DNA from: Octopus sinensis
Lineage: Eukaryota
Direction: 5' to 3'
DNA: 64,000 bases
NCBI RefSeq assembly: GCF_006345805.1
Contig: NC_043002.1
Location: forward strand, 49,724,001-49,788,000
This document shows, one piece after another, positions 24,246 through 37,372 of this stretch. Within the stretch, counting starts at the first letter, position 1; every line of letters begins with the position of its first letter. The notes beneath the pieces were generated by a model that saw only the letters and a program-made list of their open reading frames with translations, was not told the origin of the DNA and did not search any database. The translations under genes were made by a program, and so were the position numbers.

Positions 24246-25404
24246 GTCGATAGTTGCAGTTTTATCAAATTATATACAAAAACAATTTAACATGTAACTG
24301 AAAGATTACTTAATATTTTTTAATAAAATGTGTATTAAACTGTTACGTGAATGCATTTGTCTACAATAATATAAATAAAAATACAAATAACCTCATTAGA
24401 AACAGATTAGAAAACCTTAATACATATTTGAAGTAGCAATGTCTCTCAATCCTAATTTCCTCAAACAAACAGCTTTAACATATTTAAATAGAAATTTAAT
24501 AACGCCAACACTAAGTCTGACATATATATTGGGCGACCAACCAATTCATCTACAAACATTGTTTTGTGAACCCTAAAACACAAGCAAAAAGAAAAAAATC
24601 AACTTGCTATACAAAAATATCGTGATCTAAATTTGACGCATCTGTTTACATAGCTACTTCCACGCTTGACAATGAACACAATTACTATATCAAACCGAAC
24701 AAAATCTCCTTGTTATATCTTACCTCTTGAGGTAAATAGCGCAGTTTTCTTTATTCTATAAAACAACATCTCAGTTAAGTTGGAGATAAAGATTGCCTTT
24801 TCGTAGTAATATTACTGTCGCTATTAATTATAAGATTTTTGTGTTCATTGGCTATATAAAAAATTAGAGGAACTTTCAAAGTAATTGGTATAGTTATGTG
24901 TGTATATGTATGTGTGAATATGTGTAACAATGAATAGTCTAAACACAGTGGTTGTCGAAGTGACAAATACCAGCTACCACCCCATCAACTATGAGAGGAC
25001 AATTTTTTGCCCTCCACCCCTCTGTATTAAAGAGAAAATGATATTTGTATCCACATAATACTTCTTTCTTAAAAGCGTAGCACAAGTTTACAAAGTTTAA
25101 ATCAGTTGTAGTTTTATTTAATATGAGGAGTAGTCCGACCCATTGTCAATTCCTACAGGCTCCTCCATGAGAGTGAGGTGGGGGGGGGGGAGCTGTCCTC
25201 CTATGAGAAATGTTGCTGTAAAGGACGATAGTACGCCGAAAGTTATAAGACATTTCAACGGTCATGATTTACGCGTGTATGTGTGCACGTGTGTGAGTGT
25301 GCGTACATGTGAGTGTGTGTGCGCGTAATTAGAAATATCAGTGAGTTGATAAATACTCGATATAAAGAAGAGTATGGGATACATAACGAAATGCAGGGGT
25401 AGAC

Positions 25405-26137
25405 CAGACTTGAGAAACAAACCTAACGGATGACCCGGGACGGAAAAAGTCATCACCAAGCGAGGTACAAAATATCCAGAAAGAATTGTGAACACTTCTA
25501 AAGCATCTACTTCTTTGATGTACGCCGCCGCGGCTGATTGTACTCTTCTCCCTCCTTACATTGTGTACAAGGCTGTTAACCTGTACGACACATGGACACT
25601 CGGTGGGCCAAATGGTACCCGATACAACAGAAGTAAGTCGGGCTGGTTTGATTTTCAAAGTTTCAGTGACTGGTTTACAACCAACCATAGCCCTTACCTT
25701 ATCTCATATCATGTTGAAATTACCTAAATCGTGTTTATTCTGCCAATGATAATCTGTTCATCTCGTGTCACTTTGTTCACCTGTAATACATGTAGCCTTT
25801 TTAATTCTGCCAATAATCTGTTCACTTCGTATCACATTGTTTACTTGTAGTTTCTTTTTTTATTTGTCCGTATTCACCCTGCAGCTAGTTGAATAGGTCC
25901 AATAGTGTGTTGTAGATAACTGTCCCTATTCACTCCTAATCAATGGGGTGAATAGGGACAGTGATTTTTTTATTTTAAAAATGGGTGTACCAACGAATTT
26001 TGGTACACAGTTTCAATGCGCGTCGGTAGGTTACCGGTAGGGACATAAATCCTACTAAATTAATCAGTAAATGCTATTACAGTCGCTTAGTGACATGCAT
26101 TTGAACTTCAAAATTGTCCCTATTTACCCCGGATTAC
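25405..26137 (+). mobile_element. pogo-like (DDE-1) DNA transposon remnant with 3' TIR
   Basis: TNLTDDPGRK/VITKRGTKYPERIVNTSKASTSLMYAAAADCTLLPPYIVYKAVNLYDTWTLGGPNGTRYNRSKSGWFD (one frameshift). Terminal tgtccctatttaccccggattacag, and a subterminal hairpin of the same motif at 25921-25960. Confidence 0.85.
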
Positions 26138-26200
26138 AGCAAGTCACAAGCAATTGCTTCGTTGATGTAAAGAACTAAGACCATTAAATACAGCGGGCAA

Positions 26201-26240
<40 letters not shown>

Positions 26241-26804
26241 AGAAGAGAGAAAAATAAGGGATGTAGAGGGACAATCAGAGAGTCAGAAGAAAAATGAAAG
26301 AGATCGTAGTGACCAGTGAACATACACCATGCATGCATTAATAAGTATGATACACAAATGCATACACTATAAAACAAACGGTCTCTCTCTCTCTCTTTCT
26401 CTCACACAGAACAGAGATGTTGAACCAAATTCACATACGCCGCCTGCACGGAAACAAACACTAGGACACACACACACACACACACATATGTATACGCGCG
26501 CGCGTGTGTGTGTATTTATGTATGTATATACATGCATACATACATGTATAGTCAGATATATTTACACATTCCATATCCTGCTAATTTGTTAATACACACA
26601 CACACACACACCACAGAGGGAGAGAGAGAGAGAGAGAGAGAGAGCTAACCACCATTGAATCTAGAAATCAGAAGCCCAGTGTGTGATAAAGCTATAAATC
26701 ACGCAATGATCAGTAATATCCCTCCAATTATACTTCACATTACACTATACAGCACAGCTTGTACACGGTAGATAGATGATGCTTAGACGGGTACTGTTGG
26801 AATG

Positions 26805-27225
26805 GCGGTAGTAGTAGTAGTAGTGAAGTTGTTGAGATGATGGTGGTGGTGGTGATAGTAGTAGTAGCAGCAGCAGTAGTAGTAGTAGTAGTAGTAGTTG
26901 TTGTGTAGTAGTAAAGTTGTTGTTGTTGAGATGGTGGTGGTGGTGGTGGTAGTGGTAATAGGGTTGTAGTGTCGTCGTTATGGTGATGATAATGATGGTG
27001 GTGGTAATGGTGGTGTTGTTGATGATGATGATGATGATGACGGTTTTGATAATCGTGATAATGATAGCGTTGGTGGTGATGTGGATGATGATGAGATGAG
27101 GAGGAGGAGGAGGACGAGGGAAAGAAGTGGATGTAGAGGAATGTAGTGGTGGTGGTGGTGGTGGTAGTGACAGTTGGGGGGGATGCCCTATAACTTTTGT
27201 CTCCATGGTGATGATGGTGGTACAC
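26805..27225. repeat. Compound trinucleotide low-complexity tract (GTA/GGT/GAT/GTT/GGA)
   Basis: Direct reading. It explains the poly-H/T/P ORFs in the track. Confidence 0.9.
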
Positions 27226-27254
27226 TCAGCAAATGGGATCCATTGATATTCGTA

Positions 27255-27400
27255 CCGTTGTTAAGGACAGAATCATTACAGCGTCGGACAAAATACCTTA
27301 CGTTATTTGTCCCGGCTCTTTAAGTCCTGGTTTCAAATCCCGCCGAGGTTACCATTGTCTTTCGGGATCGACAAATAAATTACTAATCATGTACTGCCAC
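27255..27400 (+). mobile_element. Degenerate SINE family E
   Basis: cagaatcatta...ttcaaatcccgccgaggtt...tttcgggatcgac. Confidence 0.6.
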
Positions 27401-27719
27401 CACAGGTCTAGTCCTAGTTGCGGTGTGGTGTTTTTTGTTTTCGTGTCTCTTTGAATTAAGACCTCATTGGCTGAGTACCTTAACTCAGCCCTAAAGCAGA
27501 ACAGGAGTAATACAAACATACAAATGACAAAGCCGGACCTTTGAATTTCAAACAGAAATCCATCCAATAGGTTTCCATACAGTTTCCATCTACCCATGCT
27601 TGTAAATAGAGCAAAGGGTAGATGCCACACCAATATGGAGAATCTTTTCCCAGAGATAATGTGTTTGTGCACGGCAAATACCTTCACAAAAAAAAGAAAA
27701 AAAAAAGAAAGCTAAGTTA

Positions 27720-28083
27720 TAGGAGTGGCAGTGTGGTAAGTAGTTTGCTTACCAACCACATGGTTCAGGGTTCAGTCCCACTGCGTAGAACCTTGGGCAC
27801 GTGTCTTCTACTATAGCCTCGAGCCGACCAAAACTTTGTGAGTGGATTTGGTAAGCGGAAACTGAAAGAAGCCCGTCGTATATATGCTTATATGTATGTA
27901 TGTTTGTGTATATGTTTGTGTCTGTGTTTGTCCCCCCAACATCGCTTGACAACCGATGCTGGTGTGTTTACGTCCCCGTAAGTTAGAGGTTCGGCAAAAG
28001 AGACCGATAGAATAAGTACTAGGCTTACAAAGAATAAGTCCTGGGGTCGATTTGCTCGACTTAAGGCGGTGCTCCAGCATGGA
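27720..28083 (+). mobile_element. SINE family A
   Basis: Homology to the other family A copies. Confidence 0.9.
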
Positions 28084-28334
28084 TCGATCTTAGATGTCAG
28101 GATTACAAAGTGAACCTCTTAATCGTTTCGACCATGTTGAATAACAACATAGACAGTTATATAGAAAGCAAGCGAAAGAGAGAAAACATAAATATCGTAT
28201 TACTTCTGTATAAGTCGCACTATTTCATACTTGAATTTTAACTGGAAAAAAACAAACAAAAAACAACGTGAGTGCGACTTATACGCATGACAAGGCTAAA
28301 CGTATGAGGGGGAAACGTTGCACTGAGATTTAAC

Positions 28335-29140
28335 AGTTGGTGCAGACATGGCTGTCTGGTAAGAAGTTAGCTTCTTTAGCATATGGTTCCGGGTTCAGTT
28401 CCACTGCGTGCCACCATAGGCAAGTACCTTCTACTATAGCTTTGGGTCCACCAAACCCTTCTCTTTTACTCTTTTACTCTTTTCTTTGTTTCAGTCATTT
28501 GACTGCGGCCATGCTGGAGCACCGCCTTCAGTCGAGCAAATCGACCCCGGGACTTATTCTTTGTAAGCCCAGTGCTTATTCTATCGGTCTCTTTTGCCGA
28601 ACCGCTAAGTGACGGGGACGTAAACACACCAGCATCGGTTGTCAAGCAATGCTAGGGGGACAAACACAGACACACAAACACACATACATATACATATATA
28701 CGACAGGCTTCTTTCAGTTTCCGTCTACCAAATCCACTCACAAGGCATTGGTCGGCCCGGGGCTATAACAGAAGACACTTGCCCAAGATGCCACGCAGTG
28801 GAACTGAACCCGGAACCATGTGGTTGGTTAGCAAGCTACTTACCACACAGTCACTCCTTCTGAGTACATTTGGTAGACGGAAACTGAAAGAAGCCCGTCG
28901 TATATATATGTGTTTATATATCTGTGTGTGTGTCTTTGTGTCTGTGTTTATCCCTCCACTACCGCTTGACAATCGGTGTTGTTGTGTTTACGTCGCAGTA
29001 ACTTAGCGATTCGGCAAAAGAAAACGACAGAATAAGTACCAGGCTTAAGAAAAAAATAAGATTCTGGAGTCGATTCGTTCGATTAAAAATTCAAGGCGGT
29101 GCCCCTAGTATGGCCGCAGTAAAATGACCGAAACATGAAA
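28335..29140 (+). mobile_element. SINE A split by a second SINE A
   Basis: The head at 28335-28460 resumes at 28861 (gagtacatttggtagacgg). Confidence 0.8.
28461..28858 (-). mobile_element. SINE family A, full length, nested
   Basis: Homology to the other family A copies. Confidence 0.9.
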
Positions 29141-29289
29141 AAAAAAATATGGGTGCGACTTATACGCCAGTAAATATCGTATATTGTAGAGATATCTTAC
29201 GTTTGTGGTAGAAGATAGCAAACGACCTCAAGCGATATCAAATATCAGTATATAAGCTGGATTTTATGTTATTAGGTACGGCAGAGGGA

Positions 29290-29523
29290 AAAGGGAGAGA
29301 ATAGGGGAGAGAGATAACGACAGATATAATTAGAGAGAGAGAAAGAAAGAGAGAGGGTAATAAATATAGGGTCTAATTAAAAAAACAAGAAAAAACTGTG
29401 AAGCGGGGGAAACGGCAAGAGGAAAGAGTAAAGCTGACGAAATGGATGGAGACTGAAGAACTAGTAGAGAGAGAGAGTGAGAAAGAGAGAGAGATGGAAG
29501 GAAGGGAGAGAGAGATGGAAGGA

Positions 29524-29574
<51 letters not shown>

Positions 29575-29671
29575 AACGGAAGATGAGTGCAAAAGGTAAA
29601 ATGAGGGAAAGCGAAGAAAGACGGCTGAAAAGGAAAATGAGAGGAAGGGGGAGTAACAAAAGAGGAAGAGA

Positions 29672-29719
<48 letters not shown>

Positions 29720-29930
29720 GGAGAACGCAAGAGGTTAAAAATGAATAATGAATTGCAAAAAGGTTGATAGATGAGAGGGGAAAGAGAAAGAATAAGCAAA
29801 AGAGACAGAGAAAGAGGGAGAGGGAGACAGAGGGGAGGGAACGGGAGAGAGATGAAAGAAGAGGAAAAAGACAAGAAAAATAGGGATAAGTCGACAGAGA
29901 GAGAAAAGAGAAAGAGGGATTGATTGACCT
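29290..29930. repeat. Polypurine (GA)n-rich tract
   Basis: Direct reading of the sequence. Confidence 0.9.
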
Positions 29931-32274
29931 GGCGAAATAAAAATGAAATATTATGGTTTGTCAAAAGAACATACCCACACCACATCTCTTGACTTTCCAG
30001 CTATTCCGACAGAATAAATCTAAGTTGAAAACACTAACACCATCGCCACCATTATTATTATTATTATTATTATTGGTGTTATTTAAACAATTTAACACAA
30101 TGCACACAGGAAATTTTTCGGTCGAGCATTAAAAAAAAAGTTAACCCCACACCAGTTCCTTCCACCACAAACAACGATCATAATAATCATCATAATCATG
30201 ATGGCGATCACCACCACCACCACCACCACCACACCACCACCACAACAACAACAACAACAATCACCAACAACATGCTGCTTCTCCATCGACACCGTCACCA
30301 GGAATCTCAATCCACAAGAGCCTTGTCCCCCGGCAACCACCTTCTCTCTCTCTCTCTCTCTCCTTCTTTCTCTCAGTCTCTCTTTCTCCACACACACATG
30401 CGTATGTACATATAAACACACCATCTTTCTTTCTGGCGGATCCCCAGCTCTTCGCGGTATTAACTAGATTTAATAGCAAATGATGTCATTTTTCTTCCTT
30501 CTTTCCCAAAAGATTGAAATACATCATAGGAAAAGAAATAGAGGAGTTTTAGGAAATGTCGTTTATCATTTGAAATCTGACACAGTAAAAAAAGGAGAGG
30601 AAAGTTATTAGAGAGAGAGAGAGAGAGAGAGAAAGGGGGGAAGAACTGAGAGAGAGAGAGAAAGGGGGGAAGAACTGAGAGAGAAAGGAAACAAGTTTAA
30701 AAAATAATAATTGAAGAGAGAAAAGCGAAGATAAAATAAATCAATCAAATGAAAATAAAATACGTACAAGATATAAAAAAAAAAAGCAAAACAAAGACAA
30801 CGGCAACAACAATTACAACAGCAGTTACAATATCACTGAAGAAATAAATAAATATAAGGTTGTACAACAAATCAGGGAAGGAAGGAAAGATGGCGGTTAG
30901 AAGAAGCAAAAGGAGAGAGAAACAGACGACCAAACAATAACAAAGCAGACGACCACGATAAATAAGTAAATGATGTAAAAGCGGATGGGGAAAAATAATA
31001 AAATAGAAGGAGGAAAACGAAGCAAAGCAAATTGTAAAAGATAGGATGATAGGGTTAGAGTGAAAATAAAGGGAAACGACGACGAGAAGGGAAAATAAAA
31101 TAAAATAAAATAAAATAAATAAAATGATGGCGGTAAAAGTTGTTCAAGCGAAAGACCGAGAGTGAGAGAGAGAGAGAGAGAGATTAGATATACAGAAAGA
31201 GAGAGTGAGAATGAATGAGGGTGGGAAGGACTGACTGACTATTTGGAGTAAAATTTGATACAATATGTTGCCTGCTTGTTTTGTCAATAAATTTACTATT
31301 CAATTGTTTTCCTCTTTGTTCTTGTTTTATTTTTATTGAGTGAGAGCGGGGTAATAAAGATAGGGAGGGAATGAAGAATAGCTCCGCAAATACACACACA
31401 CATACATACATACATACATACATAATCTTATACATATACATATTTGTACACACACACACACACACACACACATACATAATCTTATACATATACATATTTG
31501 TACACACACACACACACACAACACATACCTATACAAATATACATGTATATGTATATATGTATGCGCGAGTGTGTTTTGTGTGTATACATACACATGCGTA
31601 TGTATATATGTATAAATATGCATATATCTGCAGACTTACATATGCATATATATATCTATATATGCAAAGATCTATCTATCTATCCATCTGTCTGTCTGCC
31701 TATCTGCGTGCGTACGTGCGTGCGTGTGTGTTTTGACACACGGACTATAGAAAGCACTTTTAATTCCGACTAAACCAAATATTTATCCTCTGGGAGTGCT
31801 CAACGAGACTAATATGTAGTTTAGTACGGGCTTCAGTAGCATCACACGATGCAAATGAAATAAACCGAAAGGCTGAACTTAGAATAATACCACTTAAAGT
31901 AAATATAGATAAGTTTACCTAAGATTGATATATATTTAGTGAGATCATGAAAAAGCGATAGCTTTAATTTTTGCGTCAACAGACATTCTTTTCCATTATA
32001 TGAGAGAGAGAGACGGAGAATGATGGAAAAGAGAAAGGAAGAGAGAATAGAGGGGGGAGAGAGAGGACGATGGGAAAGAGAAAGAGGGAGAGAATGAGAG
32101 AGAGAGAGGAGACAGACAGACAGACAGAGGACGGTGGGAGAGAGAGAGATGCGGTAAGCAAGCAGAGGCAGCTATTCTGTTCCGATTCCAAGTTTTAGTT
32201 CGCTTGCAAGAATAAAAAAAAAAAAGAAAACAACAAAAATCCAGAAATTATAGTCAAACCGATTTCGGTTGTTG

Positions 32275-32708
32275 AACTACGGCCATGTTTTAGGCACCGC
32301 CATGAGAGGTTTTAGTCAAACGGCTAAGTTACGATGACGTAAACAAACAAACGTCGGCTGTCAATTGGTAGTGAGGGATAAACATACACACACACACACA
32401 CACATGCAGGAGCAGGCGTGGCTCTGTGGTAAGAAGCTTGCTTCCAAACCACATGGTTCCGGGTTCAGTCACACTGCGTGACACCTTGAGTGAGTGTCTT
32501 CTACTATAGCCCCGGGTCAACCAAAGCTTGCGGGTGGATTTGGTAGACGGAAACTAAAAGAAGCCCGGGCTAAAAGAAGGTATTGGTCGGCCTGGGGGGG
32601 GGTTAGCAGAAGAAGACACTCACCCAAGGTCCCGCACAGTGGAACTGAACCCGGAACCAAGTGGTTGCAAACTAACCTTCTCAATCACACACCTGTATTT
32701 GCGCCTTT
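32275..32708. mobile_element. Three SINE-A pieces: minus tail, plus head, minus head
   Basis: 32275-32395 (-), 32405-32568 (+), 32578-32708 (-). Confidence 0.8.
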
Positions 32709-32969
32709 GGTGTCTTACCGTTCAAACCAGCACCTTTACCTTCAGTATATGTTGCATTTATTTATCAGGTATATCGCAGTTTGCTTAGTCATCAGTCTGT
32801 TTTCAAGTATTGTTTAGCATAAATGAACTAACTACACTTCGATTTATTAATTATGACGATTATTTAATCTCAAGGGTTATGCATAATTATAAACTAACGG
32901 TTCATATTAAATATAAAAGGCATAATATATCATAACCGCTAATTACAAGAATGACAAGAGGAATATATA

Positions 32970-33362
32970 TTCTTTTACTTGTTTCAGTCATTTGACTGCG
33001 GCCATGCTAGACCACCGCCTTTAGTCGAACAAATCGACCCCAGGACTTATTCTTTGTAAGCCTAGTACATATTCTATCAGTATCTTTGGTTGAAACGCTA
33101 AGTTACGGGGACGTAAACACACCAGCACCGGTTGTCAAGCGATAGTGAGGGGGACGAACACAGACACACAAGCATATACACACATATGTAATATATATAT
33201 ATATATTGATAAAAATGGTAGGATAACTTTCAGTTTACGTCTACCAAATCCACTCACAAGGCTTTGGTCAGCCCAAAGCTATAGAAGACACTTGCCCAAG
33301 GTGCCACGCAGTGGGGCTGAACTCGGAATCATGTTTTTGGTAAGGAAGCTAGTTACCACACA
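32970..33362 (-). mobile_element. SINE family A
   Basis: Homology to the other family A copies. Confidence 0.9.
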
Positions 33363-33969
33363 CATTAATAATAATATTGTATAAGCTTTAAACTTATAGA
33401 ATAATATTATTTACAGAATATACATACATACATACATATGTGTGTGTGTGTTTTTTTTCAACGGACGAAATGCCAAGAAGACGGTGGATTACCACTATTA
33501 AAGATGGTGCTGCGGTGTACGGATGGCCAGGAGGTGGGGTAACATTAAAAGTAAAGCTTAAACCCAGTGAATTGGAATTTAAGGTATCCGGGGATTAGGC
33601 GTTCTGGTCAGGACACGGTATCTCGTTAAAAAGTTGGCTTAACTTTAATCTTTTTATCTTTTACTTTTTGCGTGTGCCAGTCATTAGACTGCGGCCATAC
33701 TAGGGTACTGTCTTGAAGAGTTTTGACGAACATAGCGACTCCAGCGCTTAGTTATAACTTTATATTTATTATTCCATGCCCCTCTATAATTATCCCGGTC
33801 ATTACCCCCTCCCTCCACGCCATTCTCGTTCTCTCTCTCTCTCCCTCACAGTTTCGTACTTATTCTATCATCCTTTTTGTACGAACCGCTAGGTTACGGG
33901 AAAATAAACAAGCTGACACCATTGCCAAATGGTATGTAGAGACACACACCGAGATAAGCACAAACACAT

Positions 33970-34080
33970 ATTGGTGCTAGAAAGGGCATCCGGCCGTAAA
34001 ATCCATGCCAAAGTACACAATATAGCTTGTCGCAGTCTTCTTCTGACTTGCCAGCTTCTGTCTGTTAAACCCATGCCAAC
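33970..34080 (+). mobile_element. Interspersed repeat fragment (RTE-tail-like)
   Basis: aagggcatccggccgtaaaatccatgcc matches the reverse complement of about 20185-20215. Confidence 0.55.
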
Positions 34081-34104
34081 ATTTTCCATATTATATATAT
34101 AGTA

Positions 34105-34149
<45 letters not shown>

Positions 34150-34187
34150 GTGTGTGTGTGGTGTGTGTATGTGTGCGTGTATGTTGT

Positions 34188-34356
34188 TTCTGTGTTTGTC
34201 CCCCCAACATCGCTTGACAACCGATGCGGTTCGGTAAAAGTGACCGCTAGAATAAGCACTGGGCTTACAAAGAATAAGTCCTGGGGTCGATTTGCTCGAC
34301 TAAAGGCGGTGCTCCAGCATGGCCGCAGTCAAATGACTGAAACAAGTAAAAGAGTA
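34188..34356 (+). mobile_element. SINE A tail
   Basis: Homology to the family A tail. Confidence 0.85.
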
Positions 34357-34921
34357 TTTACCTAAGTTTTAACATCATCTCCTTCGAAATAGTCACTTTG
34401 CGCAGCAATATACTGGTCCCAGCGTTCCTGGCACTTTTGGAATCTGGCCTGGCAGTCGTTTTTTCCGTATGTGATTCGACGATCTTCTACGAATCGTTCT
34501 GAATCTCGACAATGGTGTTATAACGGCAACCTTTGAGCTACATTTTCATCTTCGGGTACAGATAGAAATTCGCAGGTACTAAATCTGAAGCACCAATGCC
34601 ACTCGAAACATTGCGTACGACCCAGTGGCCCGTCGCTGCAAGCTTGCCGAAGCATGCTCAATGTCTCTGTAGCAGACTTCCCAAGTTTAACGCAAAATTT
34701 CACGTTGGCTCTTTGCTCCTGTCCATGACAAAATCGCAGACTACAACATACACGTGGTCACAAAAACAGACATTTCGCAACTTGCGAAGTAAACGCAGTA
34801 ATGTCCGCTCAGCACACTGCCTTATGAAGGTGACTGCAAGCTCTCACTGCGCACGCATCCATGTGTTGCCTTCTGTTAGCGCGTCACAGAACTAGTCCGG
34901 GAACCTTTTGATACGATCGCG
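34357..34921 (-). mobile_element. Internally deleted mariner element
   Basis: The minus strand gives the HTH segment KFCVKLGKSATETLSMLRQACSDGPLGRTQCFEWH joined to the C-terminus SDLVPANFYLYPKMK..FQKCQERWDQYIAAQSDYFEGD. The 5' TIR ends at 34921 followed by TA. Confidence 0.88.
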
Positions 34922-35422
34922 TATATAAACACATACATCTCTCTCTCTCTCAATATATACAAACGTACACACACACACACACACAAACACACATATATAT
35001 CCATTAAACACTCATAAACTATTTGTGTATGTGTCTGAGTTATGATTGATGTATATGCGTCTATACATCTGTAATTATATTTGCACGTGTATGCAAGTAT
35101 GGGTGTGTACGTTTGTACGAACGTCTGTGTGTGTATGTATGTATGTATAATGTGCATGTGGAATGTACACGATATCACGTGTACTTTTATTGCCATTTAA
35201 TTGCATCATTGCTTGGCTAGCGCCCAGTTCCAAGTTCTTTCTTTCAAGATGAAGCCAGACTTATACAGTGCAACAGAGTGCAGCAGTCATCTTGGCGCCA
35301 ATACTAAAGCACCAACTCTGCATTTGGAGTGAATATTTTCACATAAGTCACTGGCAAATTCATTAAGTCAACGCATATGAAAAAAACTATTTGACACACA
35401 CACACACACTTGTCTATTTATA

Positions 35423-35477
<55 letters not shown>

Positions 35478-35666
35478 ATATGTACGTATTTGTGTATACA
35501 TATGAACATATATATATATATCGAAATAATTATATGTAAATATATTTGTTTTCATGTATATATGTCTATATCTGTGTGTGACTATCTGTATATACATGTG
35601 TGTAAATATATCTATAGTTGTCTATCTAACATCTATATACATACATGCATACACGCACACACATAT

Positions 35667-35710
<44 letters not shown>

Positions 35711-35985
35711 CCTAACTGCCAACGGAAGTGTACCACAACTGCAGATGACAAAAGGTAGCCTAAATTGTACCGGTCATCTACTCAACATTTAAGCACATTA
35801 ATTGACTTTTACCTATTTGTCCATATATATATTGGAAGGTTTGGAGATGACGTACAGGTATTTTATATTAGAAGAAATGAGGTAATCAGAAAATCGGATG
35901 GTTTATATTTACAGATATTTATTTGTATATTACATTTTTTATACATCATATAACTTAGCGCTTTCTCCCATTCTAGTGGGGTTTT

Positions 35986-36597
35986 CATCTCATACGTCTT
36001 TGTGTGAAGAGTGCAAACATGCTTGGTATTCCTGCTTGCTTGAGGACATCTTTGTTGGGGACACGATTCTGCCATTTGATGCCAAGGATTTTCCGGAGGC
36101 AGCGCAGGTGAAAGATATTTAGACGTATGAGATGGCTTGGACATGTTAGTCGTATGGAAGATGGCAGAATCCCCAAGGACATACCCTACAGAGAGCTTGT
36201 GGGGGGCACTAAGTCTGTTGGAAGACCGTTCTTACGATACATGGATGTTTGCAAAAGGGACATGAAGGCCTGCGACATCAATATTAGCAACTGGGAAGCA
36301 GTTGCCAGCAACCGTGGAGATTGGCGATGTACCGTAAAAGAGGGAACACAAAGGAGTGACAGAAGGAGAGAGGAGACATGGAAACACAAGAAAAGACGTC
36401 AACAAGAAACTATGACATTACAACCAGCCAGGCAAAGTCTTCGCTACATTTGCGGCACCTGTGAGAGGGAGAGTTTGTCCAGGATAGGACTACACAGCCA
36501 CAACAGGAGATGTATTAGGACATGAAATGTAAAATCCAGACAAAATTATTTTATGCGCAACTCTATTGCCTCCCGAGACAAAAGGATGCCAACAACT
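35986..36597 (+). mobile_element. RTE-clade LINE 3' end with inverted 5' segment
   Basis: Plus strand 36121-36525: RRMRWLGHVSRMEDGRIPKD..RPFLRYMDVCKRDMK..C..C..SRIGLHSH. Minus strand 36120-35986: NIFHLRCLRKILGIKWQNRVPNKDVL..QRRMR. The 3' end is gagacaaaaggatgccaacaac. Confidence 0.92.
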
Positions 36598-36608
36598 ATA
36601 TATATATA

Positions 36609-36894
36609 CTAGCAGTATCGCCCGGCGTTGCTCGGGTTTGTAACGGAAATAACTATATAAGCATTTTTAGAGAGTTATAGCCAAAAAATAGCAAAAAAAT
36701 GCATTAAAAATGGAAAACAAATGATGGTAATTTTTTTTTTAAATCGTAGACGCGCGCTAATACCCAGAAGGGCTCGATATGAATCACGACTATAAGATAC
36801 CCGGTTTTGGTTAAACTGCACCGCAAAATGTGGGAGTAGTTAGGAATCTAAATCGTAGGAGACAGACACACAACTTCTCTTTTATATATAAAGA
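36609..36894 (-). mobile_element. Non-autonomous Helitron
   Basis: On the minus strand: A|TC 5' end, subterminal hairpin CCCG-agcaacgc-CGGG, then 8 nt and CTAG|T. Confidence 0.85.
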
Positions 36895-37164
36895 TATCTC
36901 CCCAAAATGTTGCGTTCTAGTTCCATTTTGGGGATTTATATATATATATAGCGGCGTACGTACACTTTTGCTCCTATATGTAAGTTTGTGTGTGTGTGTG
37001 TGTGTGTGTGTACATGTATATATACACATAGATAAAAAGATAGATAGATAAATAGACAGACAGACAGATAGATAGATAGATCCCACAAACAATACTTACA
37101 CGAAAGCATTTTCAGTCATTTACTACTCACAGCACTTGAAAGAAACCAGTACTGATTCTTTTCT

Positions 37165-37372
37165 TCTCTAGGCACAAGGCCCAAAATTTTTGGGGACGGG
37201 GCCAGTCGATTAGATCGGCCCCAGTACGCAATTGGTACTTAATTTATCGACCTCGAAAGGATGAAAGGCAAAGTCGACCCCGGCGGAATTTGAACTCAGA
37301 ACGTAGCGACAGACGAAAAACCGCTAAGCATTTCACTCGGCTTGCTAACGTTTCTGTCAGCTCGCCGCCACA
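37165..37372 (-). mobile_element. SINE family E (with an inverted tail fragment at about 37405-37475)
   Basis: Homology to the other family E copies. Confidence 0.85.

Larger units (their letters stand above)
28195..29179. mobile_element. Tigger-like MITE interrupted by two nested SINEs
   Basis: Ends tcgtattacttctgtataagtcgcac / gtgcgacttatacgccagtaaatatcg, flanked by TA. Confidence 0.6.

Noticed and set aside
30090-30420. His/Gln/Asn-rich frames resembling a transcription-factor exon
   Set aside because: Built from CAC/CAA/CAT microsatellites. The most protein-like frame has stops just upstream and runs into (CT)n.
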